Origin: Pseudomonadota bacterium
GTDB lineage: Bacteria; Pseudomonadota; Alphaproteobacteria; Caedimonadales; UBA1908
Length of the DNA: 64,000 bases
Assembly (NCBI GenBank): GCA_020161545.1
Contig: JAIUNT010000002.1
Coordinates: 4,980-68,979, forward strand
Direction: 5' to 3'
This document shows, one piece after another, positions 7,292-18,104 of this stretch. The notes below the pieces were generated by a model. It saw nothing but the letters and a program-made list of their open reading frames with translations, ran no database searches and was not told the origin of the DNA. A program made the position numbers and the translations under genes. Position 1 is the first letter of the stretch. The number at the start of each line of letters is the position of its first letter.

Positions 7292-10072
7292 ATGACGGAC
7301 TATAAAGACACGGTTTTTCTACCCAAGACCGACTTTCCCATGCGGGGCAACTTGCCCCAAATGGAGCCAAAAATGCTTGAAAAGTGGCGCGCCATGGGTC
7401 TTTACGACCGTGTGCGCGCTGCCTCCAAGGGAAAACCCCTCTACGTGCTGCACGCGGGACCGCCCTACGCCAACGGACATTTGCATATTGGTCATGCTTA
7501 TACGGGCATCCTTAAAGACATCGTGGTGCGCTATAAGCAGCTCCAAGGCTATGACGCGCCCTTTGTGCCTGGCTGGGACTGCCACGGCCTTCCCATCGAG
7601 TGGAAGATCGAAGAGCGCGTGCGGGCAAGCGGCAAGCACAAAGAGGACGTGCCACTCTTAGATTTTCGGGCCCAGTGCCGCACCTTCGCCAAGGGGTGGA
7701 TGGACGTGCAAAACGCGGAGTCCCAAAGGCTGGGAATCCTGGCTGACTGGGCGCGCCCCTACAACACCATGGATTTTGCGTCGGAAGCCATTACAACAGG
7801 GGAGCTTCTCAAGCTTCTCATGGCCGGCAAGCTCTATAAAGGCGTCAAGCCCGTCATGTGGTCCGTTGTGGAGAAAACAGCCCTGGCCGATACAGAAGTC
7901 GAGTACCGCGATCATACGTCTTTCTCCATCTTTGTGCGCTTTCCCATTGTGAAAAGTGAACGCGCGGATCTTGTGGGGGCCAGTGTCCTCATTTGGACGA
8001 CGACGCCTTGGACACTGCCGGGTAACCGTGCGGTTGCCTATCACAAGGACGTGACCTATAGCCTTATCGAGGTGAGTGATCCCCCTGAAGGGTCTCTGGC
8101 CCTGCGCGGTGAAAAGCTCATTGTGGCCAGCGATCTTTTGGAGGCGGTTGCCACCCAAACCCACCTAGGCACTGTTAAAACCCTTGCTACTTTTGAGGGA
8201 AGCGCCCTTGAGGGCACCTTTGCGCGCCACTGTTTGTGGGAAGAAGGATACGACTTTGAAGTGCCCCTTTTATACGGCGATCACGTGACAACAGACGCGG
8301 GTACAGGACTTGTGCACACTGCGCCCACCCATGGTCCCGAGGACTTTGCTCTGGGTAAGAAATACGGCCTGGAGATTCCCGATACGGTGTCACCCGAGGG
8401 TATTTATAATCCCAGTGTCAAAGCCTTTGCAGGCCTCCATGTTTTTAAAGCCCATGGGCCAATCCTGGACGCTCTCGTGGCCCACGGGCGCCTTTTGTTT
8501 AGCACAAAGCTCGTCCACAGCTATCCCCATTCATGGCGCTCAAAGGCGCCTCTGATTTACCGCACGACACCCCAGTGGTTCTTGTCCATGGACGGATTGC
8601 GGGACGAGGCCCTTCACGCCATCGAAGGGGTAACCTGGTATCCCGCCCAGTCGCGCAACCGTATCCGGGCCATGGTGGAAGGGCGCCCTGACTGGTGTCT
8701 GTCTCGCCAGCGTGCCTGGGGCGTGCCTTTGGCCATCTTCATGAATAAACACACGGGGCAACCTCTTCTGGACGAGGCTGTGAACGCGCGCATTGTGGCC
8801 GCCACGAAAGAGCATGGCTGTGACGCGTGGTTTGCCACGGACCCCCAAGTGTTTTTGGGCAGCGCTTACAAGGTGGAAGATTTTGAACAAGTGCGGGACG
8901 TCTTAGACGTGTGGTTTGACTCCGCCGCCACCCAGGCCTTTGTGCTGGAGGAAAGAGATGAGCTGGTGCGGCCAGCGGACCTTTACCTTGAGGGCTCTGA
9001 CCAGCACCGCGGTTGGTTCCAGACATCCCTTCTTTTGGGGTGTGCGGCGCGCGGAAGTGCTCCTTTCAAGGGGGTTGTCACCCACGGCTTTGTGCTGGAC
9101 GAAAAGGGACAGAAGATGTCTAAGTCCTTGGGTAACGGCGTTGAGCCCCAGGCCGTGATGGATAAAAGCGGCGCTGAGATCCTGCGTCTTTGGACCGTGA
9201 ACAGCGACTATACGGACGACTGCCGCGTGGGGCCTGAGATTTTGAAATCCCAAGAGGATCTTTACCGGCGCTTCCGCAACACCCTGCGCTATCTTTTGGG
9301 GGCACTCGATGGCTATGACGCGAGCCGCGAGGCGATCTCCTTTGACCAGATGCCTGAGCTTGAGCGTTATATGCTTCACCAAGTTCACGCACTTCATCAT
9401 ACGATGCAGACGTGCCTTGCTACACATAGCTATCAAGCCTGGTTTGCAGTGCTTCACACCTTTTGCGCCGTTGATTTGTCGGCTTTTTACTTTGATATGC
9501 GCAAAGACGTTTTGTACTGCGACGCGCCCTCAAGTCTTGCCCGCCGTGCAACGCGCCATTTTATGTCCATCCTCTTAGAGTTCTTGATGCGGGCGCTCGC
9601 GCCTGTTTTGTGCTTTACGGCCGACGAGGCTTGGGGCTCATTGGGACGAGAGGGCTCCGTGCATATGGCAACCTTTGAAGCCCCAGATGAGGCATGGAAA
9701 GACGACGCTTTGGCTGCACGTTTTGACACCATGCGCGCCCAGCGCCGTGTGATGACGGGTGCTTTGGAAGTTGCCAGAAAAGACGGCCTTGTGGGGTCAA
9801 GCCTGCAGGCACACCTTGTGCTCTATGACCCAAACGGCCTTTTGGACCACACCCAGCCGTGGCACGCGCTGACCATCGTGTCCTCCTTTGAGGTCGTCAA
9901 AGGGGAGGCGCCCGAAGGAGCCCACACATCCTCGGATATACCGGGCTTGGGGGTTGTGGTGCAAAAGGCTAAGGGTGAGAAGTGTCAACGGTGCTGGCAG
10001 GTGCTGGAAGAAGTGGGACAAAGTGCCCTCCACCCGACCTTGTGCGCACGCTGCGAAAAGGTTGTGGCATGA
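7292..10072 (+). CDS. ileS: Isoleucyl-tRNA synthetase
   Basis: 926 aa. The HIGH motif is PYANGHLHIGH and the KMSKS motif is KMSKSLGN. The C-terminus has a Zn-finger-like CQRCW...CARC. Confidence 0.97.
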   Translation: MTDYKDTVFLPKTDFPMRGNLPQMEPKMLEKWRAMGLYDRVRAASKGKPLYVLHAGPPYANGHLHIGHAYTGILKDIVVRYKQLQGYDAPFVPGWDCHGLPIEWKIEERVRASGKHKEDVPLLDFRAQCRTFAKGWMDVQNAESQRLGILADWARPYNTMDFASEAITTGELLKLLMAGKLYKGVKPVMWSVVEKTALADTEVEYRDHTSFSIFVRFPIVKSERADLVGASVLIWTTTPWTLPGNRAVAYHKDVTYSLIEVSDPPEGSLALRGEKLIVASDLLEAVATQTHLGTVKTLATFEGSALEGTFARHCLWEEGYDFEVPLLYGDHVTTDAGTGLVHTAPTHGPEDFALGKKYGLEIPDTVSPEGIYNPSVKAFAGLHVFKAHGPILDALVAHGRLLFSTKLVHSYPHSWRSKAPLIYRTTPQWFLSMDGLRDEALHAIEGVTWYPAQSRNRIRAMVEGRPDWCLSRQRAWGVPLAIFMNKHTGQPLLDEAVNARIVAATKEHGCDAWFATDPQVFLGSAYKVEDFEQVRDVLDVWFDSAATQAFVLEERDELVRPADLYLEGSDQHRGWFQTSLLLGCAARGSAPFKGVVTHGFVLDEKGQKMSKSLGNGVEPQAVMDKSGAEILRLWTVNSDYTDDCRVGPEILKSQEDLYRRFRNTLRYLLGALDGYDASREAISFDQMPELERYMLHQVHALHHTMQTCLATHSYQAWFAVLHTFCAVDLSAFYFDMRKDVLYCDAPSSLARRATRHFMSILLEFLMRALAPVLCFTADEAWGSLGREGSVHMATFEAPDEAWKDDALAARFDTMRAQRRVMTGALEVARKDGLVGSSLQAHLVLYDPNGLLDHTQPWHALTIVSSFEVVKGEAPEGAHTSSDIPGLGVVVQKAKGEKCQRCWQVLEEVGQSALHPTLCARCEKVVA

Positions 10073-10572
10073 CAAACGCGCCCCTTTTCTTTTACCAGCG
10101 GCCAGCCTTTTGGGGCTGTGTGACGGTGACCCTGAGCTTTGCCTTAGATCAGCTGACCAAGTGGTTTCTTTTGGCACATGTCATGAATCCACCTCGCAAT
10201 ATCCCTGTGACGTTTTTCTTTGATATTGTGATGGCCTTCAACCGAGGGGTCAGCTTTAGCCTATTTGCGCAGGATTCACGCACGGGCGTTCTTGTTTTAT
10301 GCGCTGTGGCCCTTGGCATTGTCGCGCTTTTATCCTATTGGATGTTGCGGGCTCCCTCAAAGATCCTGGGCGTTGCCTTGGGGCTCATGATAGGGGGTGC
10401 CCTTGGAAACCTCATTGACCGCTTGCGCATTGGCGCAGTTGTTGATTTTTTGTATTTTCACTGGGGGCCCCACGGTTTCCCAGCGTTTAATGTGGCAGAT
10501 ACAGCCATCACCATTGGTGTGGGGCTGATTTTGCTGGATAGCTCTTTAGAAGGAAGGAATCGTTCAAAATGA
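10069..10572 (+). CDS. lspA: Lipoprotein signal peptidase (signal peptidase II)
   Basis: The ATG overlaps the ileS TGA (ATGA). It has four hydrophobic segments and the motifs NRGVSFSL and GGALGNLIDR...VVDF...FPAFNVAD. Confidence 0.9.
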   Translation: MTNAPLFFYQRPAFWGCVTVTLSFALDQLTKWFLLAHVMNPPRNIPVTFFFDIVMAFNRGVSFSLFAQDSRTGVLVLCAVALGIVALLSYWMLRAPSKILGVALGLMIGGALGNLIDRLRIGAVVDFLYFHWGPHGFPAFNVADTAITIGVGLILLDSSLEGRNRSK

Positions 10573-11024
10573 TGCATAAGACGTATGTATGGGCGCTTGT
10601 TGCAACCAGTGTTGTTCTTAGCGGCTGTGATAAGACAAAAGAAGCTTTGGGACTCAAGCGCGAGCAACCCGATGAGTACACGATTCTCTCTCGCCCTCCC
10701 TTGAGTGCGCCTCCTTGCCTGGCGCTTAACCCTCCTAAGGCGGGTGAAAAGCCACGTTTTGAGGCGGCGGGAGAGGATAGCGCCAAGGAGGCCCTTGGGG
10801 TTTCAGGAGAGGCGAGCGCGCGTCCATCTTCCGCAGAAGACGCGCTGCTGACAAATGCCAAGGCAAGGCCAGAAGACGAAAAAGCACCTTCTCCAGAGCG
10901 AGAGGAAGCCGACGATGAAGTCCCTTACCTTTTTGGCGCGCCCAATAAAGGCACGGTCATTGATCCAAAGGCTGAGCAGGAAAAGTACAAGGATAAGACC
11001 GCAACGACCGGCAACAAGGCTTAA
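10569..11024 (+). CDS. Lipoprotein, DUF3035-like
   Basis: There is a classical lipobox VVLSGC, then PDEYTILSRPPLSAPP. Its position after lspA and before the M16 peptidases is common in alphaproteobacteria. It has an ATGA overlap with lspA. Confidence 0.65.
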   Translation: MMHKTYVWALVATSVVLSGCDKTKEALGLKREQPDEYTILSRPPLSAPPCLALNPPKAGEKPRFEAAGEDSAKEALGVSGEASARPSSAEDALLTNAKARPEDEKAPSPEREEADDEVPYLFGAPNKGTVIDPKAEQEKYKDKTATTGNKA

Positions 11025-11053
11025 GCAAACAGATACGAAAACGAGGGGCACAC

Positions 11054-12439
11054 ATGGGACATATTGCACGGTGGTTAGGGCGCGCACTTTTCATTGGGGG
11101 GCTGACGCTCACCTCTGCTTGGTCGGAAGGTCTTTATAATCCAAAATCCTTTACCCTGGACAATGGCCTTAAAGTAGTGGTGTTAGAAAATCACCGTGCC
11201 CCCATTGTGGCCCAGTTTTTGTGGTTCAAGGTGGGATCGTGCGACGATCCCTTGGGCAAGTCAGGTATTGCCCACTTTCTAGAGCACCTGCGCTTTAAGG
11301 GCCCCAGTGGCTCTGCTTCTAGCGAGATCATGCGTCAGGTGGAGGCCGTCGGGGGATCCCAAAACGCCTCGACCTCCTATGACTTTACGAACTTTTATCA
11401 GGTGGTAGCCAAGCAACACTTAGAGCGCATTATGAAACTTGAGTCCGAGCGCTTAGGTCGCCTACAAACCCTACCAGAACAGGCAGCCACTGAGCTCAAG
11501 GTCGTACAGGAAGAGCGCCGCATGCGAACGGATAATGAACCAACCGGGCGCTTTGTTGAGGCACTGAACTCCCTTTTCTACCGCACGTCCCCTTACCGCA
11601 TTCCGCCCATCGGGTGGCCTGAGGAAATTGCCCGCCTCACCCTTGATGATGCTCGATCCTTTTACGAATACTGGTACGCCCCTTCCAATGCCATCCTCTT
11701 CTTGGCGGGGGATGTGACCTTGGAGGAGGCAAAGGTCCTTGTTGACAAGTACTACGCACCCTTGCCAAAGCGTCCTGTCCCTGTGCGCACGCGCTTGGGC
11801 GAAACGATTCCTCTTTCGGGTCAAACACGCTTCACCTATCCGGCCAAAGACATCCAAGTACCGCTTCTCATGCGCGCGTACCCCGCACCCAACTATTTGG
11901 ATGACAACGGCGGGCACCGCTATACAGCGCAGCTCATCGAGAATATGCTGGGTGCCCAACCCACCGGTTATGTCTACCAACAACTGGTTGAAAAACAAAA
12001 AGTTGCCAGCGGATTGCACGTGGATTACACGGTTTTTATGCGCGGCCCCAGTTCCTTTAATGTCATTTTGCAACCAACCCAAAACACCTCCCTTGAGACC
12101 TTAGAAAAAGCCCTCGATGAGTGCTTGCGTTCCTTTGCCAAGGAAGGCCTGACTGAGGAGGCACTGGCCAAGGCCAAAAGCCGCATGCTGGCTAGCATCG
12201 AGATTGAGCGGGACAGCCCACTTGCGGGCGTGGACAACTTAGCTCAGGGCCTTGTCATGGACATTCCCCTGGAGGAGCTTGATCAGTGGGACAAGAAGAT
12301 TGAGGCGGTGACCCTTAAGGATGTGAAGGCGCTTTATGCGCGCATTCTGGCGGGGGAAACCCATCTCACGGGTTTACTTGTGCCGCCACACAAAGACGCA
12401 TCAGCGACTAAGAAAGAAGAAAAAGGAGCACGGCCATGA
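11054..12439 (+). CDS. M16 (pitrilysin) family zinc peptidase, active subunit
   Basis: It has a signal-like N-terminus and the inverted zinc motif HFLEHLRFKG (HxxEH). Confidence 0.9.
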   Translation: MGHIARWLGRALFIGGLTLTSAWSEGLYNPKSFTLDNGLKVVVLENHRAPIVAQFLWFKVGSCDDPLGKSGIAHFLEHLRFKGPSGSASSEIMRQVEAVGGSQNASTSYDFTNFYQVVAKQHLERIMKLESERLGRLQTLPEQAATELKVVQEERRMRTDNEPTGRFVEALNSLFYRTSPYRIPPIGWPEEIARLTLDDARSFYEYWYAPSNAILFLAGDVTLEEAKVLVDKYYAPLPKRPVPVRTRLGETIPLSGQTRFTYPAKDIQVPLLMRAYPAPNYLDDNGGHRYTAQLIENMLGAQPTGYVYQQLVEKQKVASGLHVDYTVFMRGPSSFNVILQPTQNTSLETLEKALDECLRSFAKEGLTEEALAKAKSRMLASIEIERDSPLAGVDNLAQGLVMDIPLEELDQWDKKIEAVTLKDVKALYARILAGETHLTGLLVPPHKDASATKKEEKGARP

Positions 12440-13767
12440 GAGCATTAAAACAGATTATCTTAAGTGTTCTGGTTGCATGCTTTGCAAATAAGGCTGAGGC
12501 CCTTAATATTCAGGATTTAAAGACCAAGAGTGGCCTCACAGCCTGGTTTGTTGAAGATCACAGCGTGCCCGTTGTGTCCCTTGTGATGAGTTTTCAGGCA
12601 GGGAGCACCCAGGCGCCAAAGGATAAGGTTGCTCTTTCCGACTTTCTGGCCTCGATTTTGACAGAGGGTGCCGGAGATCTTGATGCCAAAACCTTTGCTG
12701 AGCGCCTTCAGGATAAGGGTATTTCTATTTCTGTATCCAGTACGCCAGACCGCTTATTTGTGGCCATGCGCGCGCCGCGCAGGCACTGGCAAGAAGGGCT
12801 TTCTCTTTTGAAACTGATGCTGACCAAGCCGCGCTTTGATCCCGATGCCTTTGAGCGTGTGCGCCAGTCCATGATCCAGGGTTTTGAGAATGCTAAACTT
12901 ACACCTGGATGGAACGCAAGTGAGGCGCTGTCCCAAGCCCTTTATAAAGACCATCCTTACGGCGCAACCGTGAAATCTGCAGCCGATATCAATGCCATTA
13001 ATGTGAAGGATCTGTATCACTTTTTGCGTCAGTGCGTTGCGACCGACAGCATGATTATTGGCGCATGTGGTGACGTGGCGCCCAAGGATCTTACATCTGC
13101 GGTCGAAGAGATTACAAAATCCCTTCCCATTAAAGGAGATTACAGAGAGGTTCTTGAAGCCTCTTTTCCTGACCATGGCGAGACCCGCTCCTTGGCAACG
13201 CCCCACCCCCAAAGTGTTGTGTTGTTTGCCCATCCAGGTCTTCATGTGACCCACCCGGACGCTCTCAAACTCTATGTCCTCACCTATGTTTTGGGCGGGG
13301 GGAGCTTTCATTCTTGGATGATGGAAGAGATCCGTACACGCAAGGGGCTGGCCTATGATGCGGGTTGTGGAACGTCAAGTCTTGCCCACGCGGCCCTTGT
13401 GAAGGGGAGTGTGCAGAGCGATGCCAAAACAGTGTTTGCTGCGATGGATTTGATCAAGTCCCTTGTCACAAAGCTCAAGAATGAGGGTATTTCCCAGGAG
13501 GAACTGGACGCAACCAAGAGCTTTCTTGAGGGAAGTCTTCCCTTGGAGCTCAGCTCATCTTTGAAAATCGCAACGGCTCTGCATGAGTTGCAGGTGGACA
13601 AGCGCCCCATCGATTATCTTGATAAGCGCGCCGCACGCATTCAGGCCCTCACGCTCAAAGACGTGAACGCCTTTGCCAAGTCTTTTTTTGACCCCAATCG
13701 TATGATTACCATTGTGGCGGGCTCCCAAGGCCCCCTGCCAACCCCTAAAAGCGGAGACAAATCATGA
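12436..13767 (+). CDS. M16 family peptidase, non-catalytic partner subunit
   Basis: It is paralogous in length and architecture to the upstream M16 gene but has no HxxEH motif. It has an ATGA overlap and a signal peptide. Confidence 0.8.
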   Translation: MRALKQIILSVLVACFANKAEALNIQDLKTKSGLTAWFVEDHSVPVVSLVMSFQAGSTQAPKDKVALSDFLASILTEGAGDLDAKTFAERLQDKGISISVSSTPDRLFVAMRAPRRHWQEGLSLLKLMLTKPRFDPDAFERVRQSMIQGFENAKLTPGWNASEALSQALYKDHPYGATVKSAADINAINVKDLYHFLRQCVATDSMIIGACGDVAPKDLTSAVEEITKSLPIKGDYREVLEASFPDHGETRSLATPHPQSVVLFAHPGLHVTHPDALKLYVLTYVLGGGSFHSWMMEEIRTRKGLAYDAGCGTSSLAHAALVKGSVQSDAKTVFAAMDLIKSLVTKLKNEGISQEELDATKSFLEGSLPLELSSSLKIATALHELQVDKRPIDYLDKRAARIQALTLKDVNAFAKSFFDPNRMITIVAGSQGPLPTPKSGDKS

Positions 13768-15023
13768 CATTTGTAACCCAGGACCTGTCGACCTTTGGCC
13801 AGTCGAGCGCCTACACCCAGGGCGTTGTGGCGGCGGTGGAAAGCGTGGTGCAAAAAGAGGTGTCTGGCGCCCTGCCTGCCCTTTCTTGCGTTATGCGAGA
13901 GGATGATTTGGAGGACTTTGGGCACCTCGCACGTCATCTGGCCGGCTTTGAGCATCTTGTGCTTTTGGGCACAGGCGGCTCCAGCTTGGGTGCCAAAAGC
14001 CTGCTTGAGCTTGTCAGGCCTCCCCTTGGATATAAGGGCAAGTCTTTTCATTTTGTGGAGAACGTGGATCCCCACACGCTTGCAAGTTTGCGCGCCTACC
14101 CACAGCCCTCCAAGACCGGATATCTTGTGATCTCCAAGTCGGGCACGACTGCCGAGACACTAGCGCAGTTTTTATGTGTTCTAGACGCACTGCGTTTAAG
14201 CGTTGGAGATGGGCACGTGCGTGATCACGTGCTTGTGATAACCCAAAATGATGATACCCCACTGCGCGCCCTTGCCAACAAATACGATATCCCTGTGTGT
14301 GACCATCCCAAGGATATTGGCGGACGCTTTTCCGTTTTCTCGTGCGTGGGGATGATCCCAGCGCTTTTGATGGGTGTGGACGTAAGTGGGGTAAGAAATG
14401 GGGCACGTAGCGTTCTTGAGCGCCTGCGTGTTGAAAAGGCAACCCACGCAGCCGCAACGGGTGCGGCCGCTTGCGTTGCCCTTGCTCAAGAAGGTAAAGG
14501 CGTGCACGTCATGATGCCCTATAGCGACCGTTTGGCTGTTTTCTCCAAGTGGTGGGTCCAGCTTTGGGCCGAGAGCTTGGGTAAAGAAGGCCAAGGTACC
14601 TTTCCCGTTGCGGCCCTTGGGACCGTGGACCAACACAGTCAACTGCAGCTTTTTCTGGAGGGCGCACCCCTTGGTGCCTACACACTTCTTTTGACAAATC
14701 CTCAAGGACGGGGTGATGCCTTTAATGTTGCGGATTTGAGTTTAGATCCACGCCTATCATATTTTTCTTCCCGCACCGTGGGAGATCTTCTCGCGGCGGA
14801 GCAAGAGGCTACCTTGATGTGCCTGCGCTCCGCCAAGCGTCCCGTGCGCACCCTATGCATGGACGACGTGACGCCCCAAACCCTGGGTGCCCTCATGATG
14901 CACGCTTTTTTGGAGGTGATCCTGGCGGCTGAGCTCATGGGAATTGACGCCTTTTCCCAGCCTGCCGTTGAAGAGGGTAAAATTCTCACACGCCAATTCA
15001 TGCAGGAAGGATACGCTGCGTGA
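13764..15023 (+). CDS. pgi: Glucose-6-phosphate isomerase (short bacterial type)
   Basis: SIS-domain motifs LLGTGGSSLGAKSL, VISKSGTTAETL and GGRFSVFSCVGMIPA are present. Confidence 0.88.
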   Translation: MTFVTQDLSTFGQSSAYTQGVVAAVESVVQKEVSGALPALSCVMREDDLEDFGHLARHLAGFEHLVLLGTGGSSLGAKSLLELVRPPLGYKGKSFHFVENVDPHTLASLRAYPQPSKTGYLVISKSGTTAETLAQFLCVLDALRLSVGDGHVRDHVLVITQNDDTPLRALANKYDIPVCDHPKDIGGRFSVFSCVGMIPALLMGVDVSGVRNGARSVLERLRVEKATHAAATGAAACVALAQEGKGVHVMMPYSDRLAVFSKWWVQLWAESLGKEGQGTFPVAALGTVDQHSQLQLFLEGAPLGAYTLLLTNPQGRGDAFNVADLSLDPRLSYFSSRTVGDLLAAEQEATLMCLRSAKRPVRTLCMDDVTPQTLGALMMHAFLEVILAAELMGIDAFSQPAVEEGKILTRQFMQEGYAA

Positions 15024-16882
15024 GTGTGATTCGCCGTCTTCCCACGACCTTAGTCAACCAGATTGCCGCGGGCGAGGTGGTGGAGCGCCCCGCCTCTGTC
15101 CTGAAAGAGCTCGTGGATAACGCGCTGGACGCGGGCGCTACCCATATTGAGATTCACATGCGAGAAGGCGGACGCTCTCTCTTGCGTGTCACCGACGATG
15201 GATGCGGCATGAGCCGTGAGGATCTGCCCCTGGCCCTTGAGCGCCACGCCACCTCTAAGCTCCCTGACGAGGATTTGTTTCACATCAAGACCATGGGGTT
15301 TCGTGGAGAGGCGCTGCCGTCCATTGCATCTGTTGCGCGCTTGAGCGTGACCTCGCGCGCGCGGGGCGCGAGTGAGGGGTGGCTCCAAGAGGTTGAAGGT
15401 GGTCAGGACCTGGGGCAAAAGCCCGCTGTCCACCCCCAGGGCACGACGGTGGAGGTACGGGATCTTTTTTTCGCAACGCCCGCGCGCCTCAAGTTTCTCA
15501 AGTCCGCCTCAACGGAAAGCGCCCATGTACAAGAGGCGCTTAACCGTCTTGCCATGGCGAGCCCTTATGTGAGCTTTCGCCTGGTGCAAGAAGGCAAGGT
15601 TGTGTGTGATCTGCCAGAAGCCGCGCGTGAGATGGACGAGGCGGGTGCGCGCCTTATGAGGCTGACCAAAATTATGGGTGCGGACTTTGGCGCCAACGCC
15701 CTTCCCATTGACGCCCACCGGGAAGGACTTCGCTTGTCCGGCTTTGTGGGGCTTCCCACCCTAAGCCGGGCCAGTCCCTCCCACCAGTTCCTTTTTGTGA
15801 ATGGTCGTCCCGTGCGTGACAAAGTCCTACAAAGCGCACTGCGCCTTGCTTACCAAGATTTTCTGGCGCCCGCGCGCTATCCCCTTGTGGCGCTTTTTCT
15901 GGAGATTGATCCGGCGGCGGTGGACGTTAACGTTCATCCGGCCAAAACTGAGGTGCGCTTTGCGGACCCTGGGATTGTGCGCGGCCTTTTCGTGGGTGCC
16001 ATTAAGGACGCCCTGCGCGCGGCAGGGCACCGGGTTGCCACCACCGTTTCCCAGGCGGCCCTTGGCGCCTTTCGCGCAGCACCAGCGCCGAGTGCGCTTT
16101 CCCCGTCACCTTTCCACCAGCCCACCTTTGCGCCCGCGCCCATGGCCAGGTCGTTCTCGGCCCCCCAAGGGCCGCGTTACACAACCCAGGGGCATGTGGC
16201 ATCCTTTCTTGCGTCCGGGGTGGCAGCTGTCTCTCAGGACGGCCCACAGTTTGGAGTGGCAGAAGGCGCACCCTATGAAACAAGCGCTGCGCCTGGTGAG
16301 AGCCATCCCTTGGGACACGCCGTTGCTCAGCTCCACGGCACCTATATTGTGGCTCAAACCCAGGACGGGCTGATCCTTGTGGACCAGCACGCCGCCCATG
16401 AGCGTCTTGTGTACGAAGACATGAAAGCCCAGCTTGCCAAAGGACGCATGGTGGGGCAGGGGCTCTTGGTGCCTGAGATCGTCGAGGTCTCCCCGCGACA
16501 CGCTGCTTTACTGACCGAACACGCCGGGCTCCTTGAAGAGCTTGGCCTTGTGGTGGAAGCCTTTGGGGGAGGCGCCTTTGTTGTGCGTGAAACCCCAGCG
16601 CTTCTGGGCGCCGTTGACGCGCGCGCGCTTTTGCAAGACGTGGCTGATTCCTTAGAGGTGTCCTGCGAGCCCCATCTTTTGAAGGAGCGTCTGCTTGAGG
16701 TTCTGTCCACGCGCGCCTGCCACGGCAGTATTCGGGCAGGGCGCAAGCTCACACTTCCTGAAATGGACGCTCTTTTGCGCCAAATGGAGACAACACCCCA
16801 CGCAGGTCAGTGCAATCACGGGCGTCCCACCTATGTGGAGCTTCAACTCACGGATGTGGAAAAGCTGTTTGGTCGCCGCTAG
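15020..16882 (+). CDS. mutL: DNA mismatch repair protein MutL
   Basis: The N-terminus reads LVNQIAAGEVVERPASVLKELVDNALDAG. Further motifs are GFRGEALPSI and the C-terminal dimerisation region ending CNHGRPTY. Confidence 0.95.
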   Translation: MSVIRRLPTTLVNQIAAGEVVERPASVLKELVDNALDAGATHIEIHMREGGRSLLRVTDDGCGMSREDLPLALERHATSKLPDEDLFHIKTMGFRGEALPSIASVARLSVTSRARGASEGWLQEVEGGQDLGQKPAVHPQGTTVEVRDLFFATPARLKFLKSASTESAHVQEALNRLAMASPYVSFRLVQEGKVVCDLPEAAREMDEAGARLMRLTKIMGADFGANALPIDAHREGLRLSGFVGLPTLSRASPSHQFLFVNGRPVRDKVLQSALRLAYQDFLAPARYPLVALFLEIDPAAVDVNVHPAKTEVRFADPGIVRGLFVGAIKDALRAAGHRVATTVSQAALGAFRAAPAPSALSPSPFHQPTFAPAPMARSFSAPQGPRYTTQGHVASFLASGVAAVSQDGPQFGVAEGAPYETSAAPGESHPLGHAVAQLHGTYIVAQTQDGLILVDQHAAHERLVYEDMKAQLAKGRMVGQGLLVPEIVEVSPRHAALLTEHAGLLEELGLVVEAFGGGAFVVRETPALLGAVDARALLQDVADSLEVSCEPHLLKERLLEVLSTRACHGSIRAGRKLTLPEMDALLRQMETTPHAGQCNHGRPTYVELQLTDVEKLFGRR

Positions 16883-16929
16883 GTTATTTGCCTGCAGGGC
16901 CTGCGGGAGCCGCGCACAAAACAAGGCAT

Positions 16930-16960
16930 AAAAAAAGCCTCCCGTGGGAGGCCTTTTTTG
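16930..16960. terminator. Bidirectional intrinsic terminator between the convergent mutL and patatin genes
   Basis: AAAAAAGCCTCCC-GTG-GGAGGCCTTTTTTG is a GC stem flanked by an A-run and a T-run. Confidence 0.7.
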
Positions 16961-16976
16961 TTTGAGCGGCAAACAC

Positions 16977-18104
16977 TTAGTCTGAAGAGACGTGAGCGCC
17001 ACTGATGAATTTGTGGACCGTGCAACCCTTGTGGGATGGCTTGTCCTGGATCCAGGGGGCCTTTTCAAGGGCGCGCTGCATGTCATTGTAACCATGCTCG
17101 GCGCGGTCCTTGATGGAGCTCTTGGAGAACTCGCAGTCCTTGGACTTGACTTCATAAGCAGGTGCGTCATACACCGTGTGCACAATGTCAAAATCCGTAT
17201 CCGTGGCAAAGCCCTCAAGCTCCTTAATGATAGGATCTTTTTTGAGGTCATTTGGCAGCTTGGATACCACGTGGGAAAGCGCTTTTTGAAGATTGTGGCG
17301 ATTAGTGACATGGCCAATATGGTGGGCCGTACGGCTTGTGTACAAAATATCCTTTGAACGGATTTCCACATCGTCCATATCTTCAGGCTCATGCCCCACA
17401 GGGTTGAACAGGTCAATCATGAAGCACAGGGTGTTGACCTTGGGTTGTGCATTGAAGATGCCTTCCAGGGGTGTGTTGGACACGCATCCACCATCCCAGA
17501 ACATGTCACCGTCAATGCGCATGCCAGGAAAGCCTGGAGGCATGGAGCCAGAGGACATGACGTGCTCTGGGCCAATCTTCATGTTTGCGCTGTCAAAGAA
17601 CACAAGTTCACCATTTTTGACCCGTGTGGAGCCAAGAAGGAGACGTGTTTTACCGCTATTGATGCGATCAAAATCTACGAACTCTAGAAGGGTGTCATGG
17701 AGCTTGCTCGTGTCATAATAGCTGGTAGCCTCCAATGTGCCCTTCTTTTGCATTTTGGGACCAGGCACGCGGGGCGTGAAGAAGTTTGGTTGACCAAAGA
17801 TGAATCCTTGCAAGGATGTCAACGTATTATGGTACTTCTTCATCTCAGCTGTTGCATTGGGCAGTTGTGGCATATCTGGCCAAGAGATGGTATCCCAGAA
17901 TGCCTGCAGTTTAGCCACGCGGTCAGCAGGGTCATTGCCTGCGATGATGGACGCAGTGAAGGCGCCAATGGAAATACCTGACACGATATCAGGATGATAT
18001 CCATGCTCAGCCATTGCCTTGTAAGCACCAATGTGATAGGCGCCCAGTGACCCGCCTCCCTGGCAAGCAAGGGCAATGCGTTGGTATTTACCGTTTTTCT
18101 TCAT
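16977..18104 (-). CDS. Patatin-like phospholipase family protein
   Basis: It has the oxyanion GGGSLGAY motif, the lipase motif GISIGA (GxSxG) and a DGG motif (FWDGGCVSNTP). The C-terminal extension resembles DUF3734-type patatins. Confidence 0.85.
   Translation of the reverse strand: MKKNGKYQRIALACQGGGSLGAYHIGAYKAMAEHGYHPDIVSGISIGAFTASIIAGNDPADRVAKLQAFWDTISWPDMPQLPNATAEMKKYHNTLTSLQGFIFGQPNFFTPRVPGPKMQKKGTLEATSYYDTSKLHDTLLEFVDFDRINSGKTRLLLGSTRVKNGELVFFDSANMKIGPEHVMSSGSMPPGFPGMRIDGDMFWDGGCVSNTPLEGIFNAQPKVNTLCFMIDLFNPVGHEPEDMDDVEIRSKDILYTSRTAHHIGHVTNRHNLQKALSHVVSKLPNDLKKDPIIKELEGFATDTDFDIVHTVYDAPAYEVKSKDCEFSKSSIKDRAEHGYNDMQRALEKAPWIQDKPSHKGCTVHKFISGAHVSSD

Noticed and set aside
16977-18104. The patatin-like phospholipase as a possible CBASS or other defence effector
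   Set aside because: There is no adjacent cyclase, nucleotidyltransferase, E1/E2/JAB or sensor gene. It sits alone between mutL and upp with its own bidirectional terminator, and it has the architecture of the common housekeeping patatin/DUF3734 type.
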